From: an uncultured Lachnospiraceae bacterium
GTDB lineage: Bacteria; Bacillota; Clostridia; Lachnospirales; Lachnospiraceae
Assembly: GCA_949066965.1 (NCBI GenBank)
Contig: CARTDA010000001.1
Span: forward strand, 33,042 to 97,041
DNA length: 64,000 nt
Reading direction: 5' to 3'
The notes below the pieces were generated by a model. That model was not told the DNA's origin. It ran no database searches and saw only the letters and a list, made by a program, of their open reading frames with translations. Positions 1 through 9,860 of the stretch are shown here, one piece after another. The position numbers were made by a program, and so were the translations under genes. How positions within the stretch are numbered: position 1 is the stretch's first letter; each line of letters begins with the position of its first letter.

Positions 1-2
1 TT

Positions 3-305
3 TTGCGGAAAAAAGACAATATTACGGCAGCAATATATGAATATCTGTTTGAAAATAAACCTGCTAAAAATGACAATCCTGTCAAAAAGCTGTTTCAGGA
101 AAATGTAACTGCCCTGGAGAAGCTGATAGCGGACGGGGTGGAACAGGAATGGATGGTGTGCGAGGATGTGGCGGAAGCGGCACGGAATATCGCATACACG
201 ATGGAAGGCCTCAAGATATCGGCGCAGACAATTGGCGTTACGGCGGAAGCTGTCGACAGGGAAATAGAATATATTATGGGGACACTGGGCATGGTAGTGA
301 AATAA
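3..305 (+). CDS. Hypothetical protein, C-terminal part (5'-truncated by window edge)
   Basis: Open frame from the window start to TAA at 303-305; no recognisable motif. Confidence 0.6.
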   Translation: MRKKDNITAAIYEYLFENKPAKNDNPVKKLFQENVTALEKLIADGVEQEWMVCEDVAEAARNIAYTMEGLKISAQTIGVTAEAVDREIEYIMGTLGMVVK

Positions 306-389
306 ACGTGTCATATTAAGGAAAAGAAAAGCATGGTTGGAATAAAGGATACCATGCTTTTCATATATGTAAAGAGGGGGAGACAACAC

Positions 390-803
390 ATGCAGGGTAC
401 GGAAAAAACAGAAGGGATAACGCTTGACGAAATTCGTGAGAGGTTTTCACAGGATCGTTTTGCAACGGTAAACGGCGCTGTGATAGACGCGGTGGACGAA
501 GGATATGCACAATGTTCTATGCAGCTTACCGAGATACACCGGAATGCGCTGGGGGCAGTCATGGGAGGGGCAATTTTTACGCTTGCAGACTTTGCATTTG
601 CGGTAGCCTCGAACTGGAACAAAAGCCCGCAGGTGTCGCTCAACGCATCCATAAACTTTCTCGGCAGGGCAAAGGGGGATAAACTGATTGCCAGGGCACA
701 GAAAATCAAGGAGGGGCGGACAACCTGCTATTATGAGGTAAAGGTAAGCGACGAGTCCGGCAATCAGGTTGCGCATATGACTTCCGGTGGATTTGTCCTG
801 TGA
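390..803 (+). CDS. PaaI family hotdog-fold thioesterase
   Basis: HRNALGAVMGGAIFTLAD hotdog motif and GRTT; ATG 390 follows an AGAGGGGG RBS. Confidence 0.88.
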   Translation: MQGTEKTEGITLDEIRERFSQDRFATVNGAVIDAVDEGYAQCSMQLTEIHRNALGAVMGGAIFTLADFAFAVASNWNKSPQVSLNASINFLGRAKGDKLIARAQKIKEGRTTCYYEVKVSDESGNQVAHMTSGGFVL

Positions 804-911
804 CGGGATAGCTGTTATGGTTCCCGACACAGGATTCACGAATATTTCATAAAGCGGTATCATATCGGTAAAAAAGGAAAGAATATTAAAGATTATAAGG
901 AGGGCTTAACA

Positions 912-1862
912 ATGAAAGTAATCAATAACAGAAAAGTGGCAATTATAGGCTGTGGCTTTGTGGGGTCGTCAATCGCATTCTGCCTGATGCAGAGCGGACT
1001 GTTCTCGGAGATGGTGCTGATAGATGCCGACCATGACAGGGCGGAGGGAGAGGCGCTTGACATTGCGCACGGCATTCCGTTTATCGGGCATGTGGACATC
1101 TATGCAGGTGACTATGATGACATTGTGGATGCGGCAATCGTGATTATCACGGCGGGTGCAAACCAGAAGCCGGATGAGACACGCCTGGATTTGGTACACA
1201 AAAACGTAGCTATCTTCAAGAGCATTATCCCCCAGATTGCAAGCCGGAATTATCAGGGAATCCTTTTGATTGTGTCAAACCCTGTGGATATCCTCACCTA
1301 TGTTGCATGCAGGCTCAGCAACATGCCTGAGAACAGGGTCATTGGGTCGGGGACAGTGCTGGACACTGCAAGACTCAAATACAAGCTTGGTGAGCATCTT
1401 GATGTCGACAGCAAGAGTGTACATGCATTTATCATCGGGGAACATGGGGACAGTGAAATTGCAGCATGGAGCAGTGCCAATGTATCAGGTGTTCCTTTGA
1501 ATGACTTCTGTGAGCTGCGGGGACATTTCCGGCATGAGGAGTCCATGGAGCGGATTGCGGAGGAGGTCAAGAACTGCGCGTATGAAATTATTTCCAAGAA
1601 GAGGGCGACATACTATGGCATTGCAATGTCTGTGAAACGAATCTGCGAGTCAATTGTACGGAATGAGCGTTCCATACTGCCGTTGTCAAGGATGATACAT
1701 GGGGAATATGGAATCGAGGGAATGGCGCTGAGCATGCCTGCGGTTATTGGCGAGGACGGCGTACAGACAAGGGTGCCCATCGCATTGAACGAGGAGGAGC
1801 AGACAAAACTGAAACAGTCCGCAGATACACTTGCAGAAGTGATAAAGGAACTGGATATCTGA
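912..1862 (+). CDS. ldh: L-lactate dehydrogenase
   Basis: GCGFVG NAD-binding motif, ANQKPDETRLDL substrate loop, VSNPVD, LDTAR, IIGEHGDS. Confidence 0.95.
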   Translation: MKVINNRKVAIIGCGFVGSSIAFCLMQSGLFSEMVLIDADHDRAEGEALDIAHGIPFIGHVDIYAGDYDDIVDAAIVIITAGANQKPDETRLDLVHKNVAIFKSIIPQIASRNYQGILLIVSNPVDILTYVACRLSNMPENRVIGSGTVLDTARLKYKLGEHLDVDSKSVHAFIIGEHGDSEIAAWSSANVSGVPLNDFCELRGHFRHEESMERIAEEVKNCAYEIISKKRATYYGIAMSVKRICESIVRNERSILPLSRMIHGEYGIEGMALSMPAVIGEDGVQTRVPIALNEEEQTKLKQSADTLAEVIKELDI

Positions 1863-1880
1863 CGCCGGTAAAACGGTAAC

Positions 1881-1917
1881 AAAACTGCCTGTCAACTGAA
1901 TGCTGACAGGCAGTTTT
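1881..1917. terminator. Bidirectional intrinsic terminator between ldh and the MATE gene
   Basis: Perfect 14-bp inverted repeat AAAACTGCCTGTCA / TGACAGGCAGTTTT between convergent genes. Confidence 0.85.
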
Positions 1918-3262
1918 ACTGGCTGATATTCCACTTGTCTTGGAGCTGTTTATAGAAACAGACAGACATTCCGGTGGCAATTGTCCAGCCGACAGGCCAT
2001 GCGCACCAGATGCCGATGGCGCCAAACATGCCGGAGAACAGGAACGCAAGCACAACCCGGAGGATCAAATCGGTAAAGGTGGCTGCCATAAATGGTTTCA
2101 TGGCGCCGGCACCCCGGAGAACACCGTCTGTCACAAGCTTTGCCGATACGATGAAATAAAAGGGCGAGAGAATCCACAGGAATTGTTCGCCTGTCACCAG
2201 CGCTTCAGCGGAGGTTGAATCCATAAACAGCAGCAGCAGATATTTTCCGAGAAACACATACAGCAGTACAATGGGCACACAGATGAACCATACCAGCTTT
2301 AAACCGGCTCGCAGCCCGCTTCTGACCCTTGCGGGAATACCGGCGCCGATATTCTGGGCGGTAAAGTTTGATACGCCGTTTCCAAGCGTTGTGAACGATG
2401 TGATGACAAGGTTGTTGAGCTTTACGGCGGCAGAATATCCGGCTGTGACACTGATGCCAAAGCTGTTGATGATGCTCTGGATAAAAATATTTCCGACAGA
2501 GATAAAGGACTGCTGCAGGATACTTGGCACGGCAATCACGGCAATCTTTTTGAGCAGGGCGAATGAAAATATCCCTGTTTTTTTGTCTGTTTTAATACAT
2601 GCCAGTCTCTTCAGAATCAGAATAAGCGAAAGAATGCAGCTTATTCCCTGGCACAAAAAGGTTGCCCATGCAACACCGGCAATTCCCATGTGGAAGCATT
2701 TTACAAACAGGATGTCGACCGCGATATTTGACGTCGATGAGAATGCAAGAAAGTAAAACGGTGTCTTGGAGTCCCCGAGTGCAGAGAAGATGCCGGTCGC
2801 AATATTATAGAAAAAAAGGAAGGGAAGTCCCAGTATGTAAATGTTCATATACAGTGCGGAGTCAGCCATGATTTCCGGCTGGGTCTTCATCTGTTCGAGG
2901 AGGGTATCGCAGAACAGAAAGCCCAAAAGCATCAGGACGGCACACAGCACGGCACTTGCAATCAGGGTCGTGTAGACAGAGGTCTTCATCTCGCAGTAAT
3001 TTTTGGCGCCGAAAAATTGTGACACAATCACGGAACATCCGATATTGCATCCGAATGCAAACGCGATGAAGATGAGCGTGACATTGTAGCTGTTTCCAAC
3101 AGCGGCAAGTGCATTTTCACTGATGAATTTACCTGCGACAAGACTGTCTGCGATGTTGTAAAGCTGCTGAAAAATAATGCTTCCAAACATGGGAAGGCAG
3201 AATTTCCACAATACTGTCTGTGGATTTTCCACGGTTAAATCTTTGTTCATGGAGATGGTCAT
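1916..3262 (-). CDS. MATE family efflux transporter
   Basis: 448 aa, about 12 hydrophobic segments; QQLYNIADS, ALGDSKTP, GIAGVAWAT, LRGAG motifs. Confidence 0.92.
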   Translation of the reverse strand: MTISMNKDLTVENPQTVLWKFCLPMFGSIIFQQLYNIADSLVAGKFISENALAAVGNSYNVTLIFIAFAFGCNIGCSVIVSQFFGAKNYCEMKTSVYTTLIASAVLCAVLMLLGFLFCDTLLEQMKTQPEIMADSALYMNIYILGLPFLFFYNIATGIFSALGDSKTPFYFLAFSSTSNIAVDILFVKCFHMGIAGVAWATFLCQGISCILSLILILKRLACIKTDKKTGIFSFALLKKIAVIAVPSILQQSFISVGNIFIQSIINSFGISVTAGYSAAVKLNNLVITSFTTLGNGVSNFTAQNIGAGIPARVRSGLRAGLKLVWFICVPIVLLYVFLGKYLLLLFMDSTSAEALVTGEQFLWILSPFYFIVSAKLVTDGVLRGAGAMKPFMAATFTDLILRVVLAFLFSGMFGAIGIWCAWPVGWTIATGMSVCFYKQLQDKWNISQ

Positions 3263-3406
3263 ATCCTTTCTGCATCATTTATATTAAACCATTTTGTATT
3301 ATAATCTCGGAAACAGGATATGACAAGTGTTTTTTGAATAAATATTGAAAGTAAAATAAAATCTGTTATAATGATAATAATATTGCAAACGAGGAGCGGT
3401 TTGGAA

Positions 3407-3877
3407 ATGAAAATAAGGTGTGCCCGGGAAAAAGATATGGGTGGGATAAACAGTCTGCTCTGCCAGGTGCTGATGGTGCATCACAATGGCAGACCGGACT
3501 TGTTTAAGAAGGAAACAAAAAAATACACGGACGAAGAGCTTCGTGCACTGATTCATGATGACAACAGGCCAATCTTTGTGTGTACCGATGAGGCGGAAAG
3601 TATATTGGGATATGCGTTCTGTGTTTTTCAGCAGCATAAGGACGACAACATACTGACTGACATCAGGTCCCTTTACATAGATGATTTGTGTGTTGATGAG
3701 ACAAGGCGGGGGCAGCATATCGGAAAAAAGCTTTATGAGCATGTGCTGGATTACGCAAAGAAGCAGGGATGCTACAATGTCACGCTGAATGTGTGGGCAT
3801 GTAATGAGGGTGCCCGGAGGTTTTATGAAAGCTGTGGGCTTGTGGAGCAAAAGATCGGAATGGAGAAAATTTTATAA
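3407..3877 (+). CDS. GNAT family N-acetyltransferase
   Basis: LCVDETRRGQHIGKKL acetyl-CoA motif A and NEGARRFYESCG; GAGGAG RBS. Confidence 0.9.
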   Translation: MKIRCAREKDMGGINSLLCQVLMVHHNGRPDLFKKETKKYTDEELRALIHDDNRPIFVCTDEAESILGYAFCVFQQHKDDNILTDIRSLYIDDLCVDETRRGQHIGKKLYEHVLDYAKKQGCYNVTLNVWACNEGARRFYESCGLVEQKIGMEKIL

Positions 3878-3885
3878 TAAATTGT

Positions 3886-3917
3886 CGTAACAGGAGGCCG
3901 AAGGCTGAACTGTTACG
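3886..3917. repeat. Short hairpin copy of the end module of the GTAAC...GTTAC repeat family
   Basis: CGTAACAGGAGGCCGAAGGCTGAACTGTTACG matches 46856-46887 at 30/32 positions. Confidence 0.75.
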
Positions 3918-3940
3918 AATTGTCACATAATTGAAGAATA

Positions 3941-3968
3941 TTGACTTTTTACAGATATCTTGTATAAT
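3941..3968 (+). promoter_or_regulatory. Putative sigma-A promoter of the hybrid kinase
   Basis: TTGACT-N16-TATAAT. Confidence 0.55.
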
Positions 3969-4053
3969 TTATAAGGGAATTTTGTGTGCTCTGGAATATT
4001 GTATGGAGCGGATGTCGAAGAGGGATAATATTTTGTATAAAAGAGGAATTACA

Positions 4054-6588
4054 ATGATAAGGAATACAAAAAAGTTTTTGGTGTTTAGTTTCTCCATTTT
4101 GATTTCTGTATGTATCTTAATTTTTGCAATCACATCTGTGTACATATCAGGTAAAAGTGACGGTGCGATCAATGAAATTGGCATGATTTATATGTCTGCA
4201 ATTGCAAAACAGATGCAGGAGAAGTTTGATGTCGTGGTCGATTCCCAGATATTGGAGATGGAGGGAATCGTACAGAGGCATCCCCCGGAAGAGATGGTAT
4301 ATGGGCAGGAAATGATAGACCAGCTTGTAGTCAGCGCCCAGGTTCGTGATTTTACTTATCTGGGGCTTTATACAAGTGAAGGAGAATCAGAGCTGGTTTA
4401 TGGCAAAGAAGTGGAATACGAGAGTGAAGAAATTTTCCAGAGGGTTCTGCATGACAGCAGCCTGCGGGTGTTTTCCGGTGTCAGCGCTGATGGCGAGCGG
4501 GTGCTGTGTATGCTGATTGATGTGGCATACCCTATGAAGGATGGGAAAACCAGTTCTGCCATGGTTGCGGCGATGCCAATGGAGTTTTTGGAAAATGCCC
4601 TTGCGTTGGATACCGAGAATTCACTGATGTACTCTTATATAGTTCGCAATGACGGCTCTTTTGTGATAAGGACGAAGGAAGATTCTTTTTTTCAAAATAT
4701 GAGCGAGACGTTCTGCGAATATAATGGAAAGCAGGCTGACGTATATGCGGCTGAGCTTCAGGAGGCATTGGATACAAATACGGAGTATGCTACGCTTGCC
4801 TGTGTTGATGGTGAAAAGAGATACCTGTTGTGTACTGACCTGACAAATTCCGAGTGGTTTTTAATTTCCCTGATGCCATTTGGAACACTGGACAGGATTT
4901 TGGAAAATCTGAGCATGGATCGCCAGATGATAACACTGCTTATGTGCATTATTATTATCGGTGGAATAGCAATCATTTTTATTATCTATTACAGATTGTC
5001 AAATCAGCAGGTAATGGAATTGGAAATGGCGCGAAGGGAAGCAGTCAAGGCGAATAAGGCAAAGAGTGAGTTTTTGTCCAGTATGAGCCATGATATCCGG
5101 ACTCCGATGAATGGAATTGTGGGAATGACGGCGATTGCGATGGCAAATATTGACAATACGGAGCGTGTCAAGGACTGTCTTGGTAAAATTACTTTGTCCA
5201 GCAGGCATTTGCTCGGACTTATCAATGACGTGCTGGATATGTCAAAAATTGAAAGTGGAAAGCTGACGCTGAACATGAACCAGATTTCGCTGCGGGAGAC
5301 GATGGACAGCATTGTCAACATTGTGCAGCCTCAGGTAAAGGAACGCCAGCAGCACTTTGATATCTTTATCCAGAAAATTATTACGGAGGAGGTTCATTGC
5401 GACAGTGTGCGCCTGAACCAGATACTGATTAATCTGCTGTCCAATGCATTAAAGTTTACGCCGGAGGGCGGAAGAATCAATGTTTACTTGGAACAGGAGC
5501 AGTCGCCTGTTGGTGATGATTATGTGCGGTGCCATTTTCTCGTGAAGGACAGCGGTATCGGGATGACAAAAGAGTTTCTTGAAAAGATTTTTGATACGTT
5601 TACAAGAGAAGAGAAGGCACAGATTGATAAAATCGAAGGTACGGGTCTTGGAATGGCGATTACGAAGGCGATTGTGGACACGATGAAGGGCAGTATTGAT
5701 GTGCAGAGCACGCCTGGTGAAGGGACAGAGTTTCACATTATACTTGACCTGGAAAAGGCGGATACCAAATTGGAAGACATGAAGCTTCCGTCGTGGAGAA
5801 TGCTGGTGGTGGACAATAATCAGGATCTGTGCCAGAGCGCGGTTGATTCCTTGAAAGAGATTGGAATTGATGCACAGTGGGCTATGGATGGAAGGACTGC
5901 CGTGGAAATGGCAAAAAAATGCCATGATGAACAAAATCCTTATGAGATTGTCCTTCTGGACTGGAAGATGCCCGAGATGGATGGCCTGCACACGGCACGC
6001 GAGATGCGCAAACACCTGGGAGAGAATGCACCTATCCTTATCATTTCTGCATATGACTGGAGCGAGATTGAAGAGGAGGCAGCAGAGGCAGGAGTACAGG
6101 GATTTATTTCAAAACCGCTCTTTAAGTCAAACTTATACCTTGGGTTGAGCCGGTATATGCTGGATGAGCCGCATGAGGAGACGAAAAAGGAGTCTGTGTC
6201 GCACGGCAGTTTCTCCGGAAAACGGATTTTGCTCGCCGAGGACAACGACCTGAACTGGGAAATCGCCGAGGATCTCCTGTCCGAGGAAGGCTTTGCACTG
6301 GAGCGGGCAGAGAATGGCAAAATATGCGTTGAGAAATTCAGCCAGTCTGAATCGGGATATTACGACGTAATCCTGATGGATATCAGGATGCCTGTCATGA
6401 ACGGATATGATGCGGCGAAAGCGATTCGCGCCCTGGTGCGTCCGGATGCAGACCTGCCTATTATTGCAATGACGGCAGACGCGTTCTCCGACGATATCCA
6501 GCGGTGCCTCGACTGCGGCATGAACGAGCATGTGGCAAAGCCAATTGACGTGAACAGGCTGACACAGCTGTTGAAAAAGTATTTGTAG
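4054..6588 (+). CDS. Membrane hybrid sensor histidine kinase with two receiver domains
   Basis: Two TM segments around an extracellular domain; MSHDIRTPMN H-box, NLLSNALKF, DSGIG, GTGLG; two REC domains (LLDWKMP, LMDIRMP). Confidence 0.93.
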   Translation: MIRNTKKFLVFSFSILISVCILIFAITSVYISGKSDGAINEIGMIYMSAIAKQMQEKFDVVVDSQILEMEGIVQRHPPEEMVYGQEMIDQLVVSAQVRDFTYLGLYTSEGESELVYGKEVEYESEEIFQRVLHDSSLRVFSGVSADGERVLCMLIDVAYPMKDGKTSSAMVAAMPMEFLENALALDTENSLMYSYIVRNDGSFVIRTKEDSFFQNMSETFCEYNGKQADVYAAELQEALDTNTEYATLACVDGEKRYLLCTDLTNSEWFLISLMPFGTLDRILENLSMDRQMITLLMCIIIIGGIAIIFIIYYRLSNQQVMELEMARREAVKANKAKSEFLSSMSHDIRTPMNGIVGMTAIAMANIDNTERVKDCLGKITLSSRHLLGLINDVLDMSKIESGKLTLNMNQISLRETMDSIVNIVQPQVKERQQHFDIFIQKIITEEVHCDSVRLNQILINLLSNALKFTPEGGRINVYLEQEQSPVGDDYVRCHFLVKDSGIGMTKEFLEKIFDTFTREEKAQIDKIEGTGLGMAITKAIVDTMKGSIDVQSTPGEGTEFHIILDLEKADTKLEDMKLPSWRMLVVDNNQDLCQSAVDSLKEIGIDAQWAMDGRTAVEMAKKCHDEQNPYEIVLLDWKMPEMDGLHTAREMRKHLGENAPILIISAYDWSEIEEEAAEAGVQGFISKPLFKSNLYLGLSRYMLDEPHEETKKESVSHGSFSGKRILLAEDNDLNWEIAEDLLSEEGFALERAENGKICVEKFSQSESGYYDVILMDIRMPVMNGYDAAKAIRALVRPDADLPIIAMTADAFSDDIQRCLDCGMNEHVAKPIDVNRLTQLLKKYL

Positions 6589-6640
6589 GATGCGATATTA
6601 ACGCGTAATGTATGAAAAAGAATATCCGATAAGACATACA

Positions 6641-6688
6641 AAAACAGGAATTAACCTTGGAGGGCTGGTTCCTGTTTTGCTTTTTTTA
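6641..6688 (+). terminator. Intrinsic terminator after the hybrid kinase
   Basis: AAAACAGGAA...TTCCTGTTTT stem followed by a T-run. Confidence 0.7.
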
Positions 6689-6746
6689 AATTTTTATAAA
6701 TTAATCGATTATTGTGTCAAATTTTTACGAATATACGTTTGTTTTG

Positions 6747-6775
6747 TTGACAAAATATTCATTAAAAGGTATAGT
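6747..6775 (+). promoter_or_regulatory. Near-consensus sigma-A promoter of the defence operon
   Basis: TTGACA-N17-TATAGT. Confidence 0.7.
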
Positions 6776-6837
6776 ATAAAAATAGAACAAATGAACAGAA
6801 CATTAAATTTTTAATGGAAACAAATAGAGAGGAACAG

Positions 6838-7812
6838 ATGAGGCGTAGCACATACTTTGAATACATTGAGGAAAGACTGGATTTTTTATCGTACCGCATA
6901 AAAAACAGGGGAAAAATAAATCTGCTTAGTTTAAATATTTATTCTGAGAATTTTTTTGCTGATATGGTTAGTAAGTTATTAGGATATGATTTGAAAAATT
7001 TGAACGCCATTGAGCAGAATATGGAAGGAATAGACTTGATAGACGAAAAGCATAAGATTATTGCACAAGTATCATCGACATGTACAAAGCAAAAAATAGG
7101 GAATTCATTGAAAAAGGAAGTTCTTTCAGCGTATTCAGGGTTTCGCTTTATCTTTATTGCAATTACAGGAGATGCAAATAAATTAAGAAAAGATACATAT
7201 AAAAACCCACATGGAGTAAATTTTTCACCACAAAATGACATTTATGATATCAAGTCTATCCTGAATCTGGTTCTGAATATGAAAATAGATGAACAGAGAG
7301 CGTTTTATTGTTTTATAAAAGATGAATTGGGAACAGAGGTAGATGCTTTTAAGGTAGACAGTAATCTGGCGGCAATTATTAATATTTTGTCACAGGAAAA
7401 TCTGGCAGAAGTGCCAGAGTCCTTGGAAATTAATCAATTTGAAATTGAGAGGAAGATAGCGTTCAATAATTTGATATCGGCACGGTATACAATTGACGAA
7501 TTCAAGGTATTTTACAGCAGATTGGATGAAAAATACGCTGAGTTTGATAAGCAGGGTGCAAATAAGAGTCTGTCAGTATTTTCTGTATTGAGAAACCTGT
7601 ATGCCAAACTTTCAGGTGAGGGAAAAAATGACCATGAAATTTTTTATCTCTTGATTGACAATGCCATAGAGATAATAAGGAACAGTAGAAACTATGTAGA
7701 AATTCCATATGAGGAGCTGGAAATGTGCGTATCTATTATTGTTGTTGATGCGTTTGTGCGGTGTAAAATCTTTAGAAATCCGGAGGGATATAGCTATGTT
7801 GCTACCCGATAA
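6838..7812 (+). CDS. lmuA: ABC-three-component / Lamassu effector (LmuA-like): N-terminal SMEK-like domain plus C-terminal domain
   Basis: SENFFAD...KNLN...GIDLID...AQVSS is typical of SMEK domains; C-terminal IVVDAFVRCKIF; overlaps the next gene. Alternative start at 6814. Confidence 0.75.
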   Translation: MRRSTYFEYIEERLDFLSYRIKNRGKINLLSLNIYSENFFADMVSKLLGYDLKNLNAIEQNMEGIDLIDEKHKIIAQVSSTCTKQKIGNSLKKEVLSAYSGFRFIFIAITGDANKLRKDTYKNPHGVNFSPQNDIYDIKSILNLVLNMKIDEQRAFYCFIKDELGTEVDAFKVDSNLAAIINILSQENLAEVPESLEINQFEIERKIAFNNLISARYTIDEFKVFYSRLDEKYAEFDKQGANKSLSVFSVLRNLYAKLSGEGKNDHEIFYLLIDNAIEIIRNSRNYVEIPYEELEMCVSIIVVDAFVRCKIFRNPEGYSYVATR

Positions 7813-8023
7813 TATTCATCCAGAGCTTACAATTTATTACAATGGTTCCCTGGTGATTGAGCAATTGAGAAAAGAGGATTCCCAGCAGCTGTTATCTTTG
7901 TATGAAAAAGTAAAAGTTCTTAATGATATGTCGTTTTCCACCTTTTTGCTCTGTCTGGACTGGCTATATCTGATAGATGCTGCATATGTTGATGAGAAAG
8001 GCTTGGTGGGATTATGTTCATAA
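7796..8023 (+). CDS. lmuC: ABC-three-component middle component (LmuC-like), 75 aa
   Basis: MLLPDNIHPELTIYYNG...FLLCLDWLYLID; GGAGGG RBS at 7782; overlaps both neighbours. Confidence 0.72.
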   Translation: MLLPDNIHPELTIYYNGSLVIEQLRKEDSQQLLSLYEKVKVLNDMSFSTFLLCLDWLYLIDAAYVDEKGLVGLCS

Positions 8024-9738
8024 AACGTTTGATGATTGCTTCGCCTGACAGAGTGATAAGGGATATGGAATTTAAGGCAGGGCTCAACCTGATTATCGAC
8101 AATACATCGATTGAGAATACGAGACTAACTGGAAACAATGTAGGTAAGACTACGGTATTAAAACTGATTGATTTTTGCCTTGGTGCGAAATCCAATATCA
8201 TATATACAGATACTGAAAACACAAAGGAAGTATATGATGTTGTGAAAAATTTTTTAAGCGATGAAGAGGTGATGATATCAGTCACATTGGTTGATGATAT
8301 AAATGATCCAGATTCAAGGAGTGTTGAGGTAACAAGGAATTTTTTGCAAAGAAAAAAGTGCATTAGAAGAATTAATGGGAAAGATGTACCGGGTAAGGAT
8401 TTTGAGGATGAGCTGCAAAGGCATATCATGCCGGATAAACATGTCGAGAAGCCTTCGTTCAGGCAGGTGATATCCCATAACATCCGCTATAAGGATGACA
8501 GTATTAATAAGACACTTAAAACTTTGGACAAATTTACTACAGATGTTGAATATGAAACATTATATTTGTACTTGTTAGGTTGTATATTTGATGGAGGTGC
8601 CAAAAAACAGTCTCTGACTGCAAAAATGAACCAGGAAATTATTTTTCGGGACAGGCTGGAGAAAAGCCAGACAAAGACAGCATATGAAATAGCTCTGGAG
8701 ATGGTTGAGGACGAAATAGAATTCTTGAACCTTAAAAAATCGGAATTTAACCTGAATGAGTCTTTAGAGCAGGATTTAGACCAATTAAATGTTATCAAGT
8801 ATCAGATTAACAAGACAGGATCTTACATCACCAAACTGGAAATCAGGAAAAGTCTAATTGAGGAATCGCAGAGGGAGTTGAATCAAAGTATTTCATCCAT
8901 TGACCTAGAGCAGCTCAGGGTTTTGTATAGTGAGGTGTCAATAAACATTGATGGTATACAAAAAACATTTGAGGATTTGGTTACATATCACAATAACATG
9001 GTTGTGGAGAAAATAAAGTTTATTGTTCAGGATCTTCCAGAAATAAATGAAAAGATAGCAATGGCAAAAAATGAACTAAGTAGTCTTTTAAGTGAAGAGA
9101 AAATATTAAGTAATAAAATTGCCAAAGGAGATTCGTTTGAGGAACTTGAAAAGATTATTTCAGAGCTAAATGATAAATACAGAATGAAGGGGGAATACGA
9201 AAGTATTATCGCCCAACTAAATGAAGTGGAGGGAAATATAAAGGAACTTAGTGAGCAGATTGAGAATATTGATAAATATTTATTTTCAGATGAATTTGAA
9301 TTATTGTTAAAAGAGCAATTAAAAAAGTTTAATAGAGTTTTCTCTAATATTTCACAGGAACTATATGGAGAGAAATATGCATTGAAATATGATAAGACAG
9401 TAAACAAGAATGGTCAACAGGTATATAAGTTTAATGCTTTTAATGCAAACATGAGCACCGGAAAAAAGCAGGGTGAGATATTATGTTTTGATTTGGCATA
9501 TATTTTGTTTGCTGATAAAGAAAAAATTCCATGTATGCATTTTTTGCTAAATGACAAAAAGGAACTCATGCATGACAATCAGCTGATAAAAGTTGCGCAA
9601 TATGTGCAGCAGAAAAATATTCAGCTGGTGGTTTCCATATTGAAGGATAAGCTGCCTGAAAAAGTACTGGAAAAGGCACATGTTGCAGTTGAGCTTTCAC
9701 AGGATGAAAAGTTATTCAGAATTGAAAAGAAATCATGA
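8014..9738 (+). CDS. lmuB: SMC/Rad50-like ABC ATPase (DUF2326 type, LmuB-like)
   Basis: Walker A GNNVGKT, long central coiled coil, signature-like MSTGKKQ, Walker B FLLND. Confidence 0.82.
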   Translation: MFIKRLMIASPDRVIRDMEFKAGLNLIIDNTSIENTRLTGNNVGKTTVLKLIDFCLGAKSNIIYTDTENTKEVYDVVKNFLSDEEVMISVTLVDDINDPDSRSVEVTRNFLQRKKCIRRINGKDVPGKDFEDELQRHIMPDKHVEKPSFRQVISHNIRYKDDSINKTLKTLDKFTTDVEYETLYLYLLGCIFDGGAKKQSLTAKMNQEIIFRDRLEKSQTKTAYEIALEMVEDEIEFLNLKKSEFNLNESLEQDLDQLNVIKYQINKTGSYITKLEIRKSLIEESQRELNQSISSIDLEQLRVLYSEVSINIDGIQKTFEDLVTYHNNMVVEKIKFIVQDLPEINEKIAMAKNELSSLLSEEKILSNKIAKGDSFEELEKIISELNDKYRMKGEYESIIAQLNEVEGNIKELSEQIENIDKYLFSDEFELLLKEQLKKFNRVFSNISQELYGEKYALKYDKTVNKNGQQVYKFNAFNANMSTGKKQGEILCFDLAYILFADKEKIPCMHFLLNDKKELMHDNQLIKVAQYVQQKNIQLVVSILKDKLPEKVLEKAHVAVELSQDEKLFRIEKKS

Positions 9739-9751
9739 TTTCACCCAATTA

Positions 9752-9793
9752 ATAAGGAATAGTCTGACGTAAAAAGGTTAGACTATTCCTTAT
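9752..9793. terminator. Hairpin/terminator closing the defence operon
   Basis: ATAAGGAATAGTCT / AGACTATTCCTTAT perfect 14-bp inverted repeat. Confidence 0.75.
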
Positions 9794-9860
9794 ATTATTG
9801 TGCAGGCTTGCATAATAAGTTGCCATTTTACTAAAAGGTCATCAAAAAGGAGGATTTGAC

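Noticed and set aside
835..852. Possible Rex box upstream of ldh (TTCACGAATATTTCATAA)
   Set aside because: Only the right half resembles TTGTGAA-N4-TTCACAA; the left half matches 3/7.
6606..6632. Sigma-28-like motif TAAT-N15-TCCGATAA
   Set aside because: It is followed immediately by a terminator with no gene to drive, so it may be a chance match.
6608..6814. 68-aa ORF upstream of lmuA
   Set aside because: It runs through the terminator and promoter, has no RBS and is low-complexity.
6680..9800. Integrative element or prophage carrying the defence operon
   Set aside because: I found no integrase, transposase, tRNA or flanking direct repeat.
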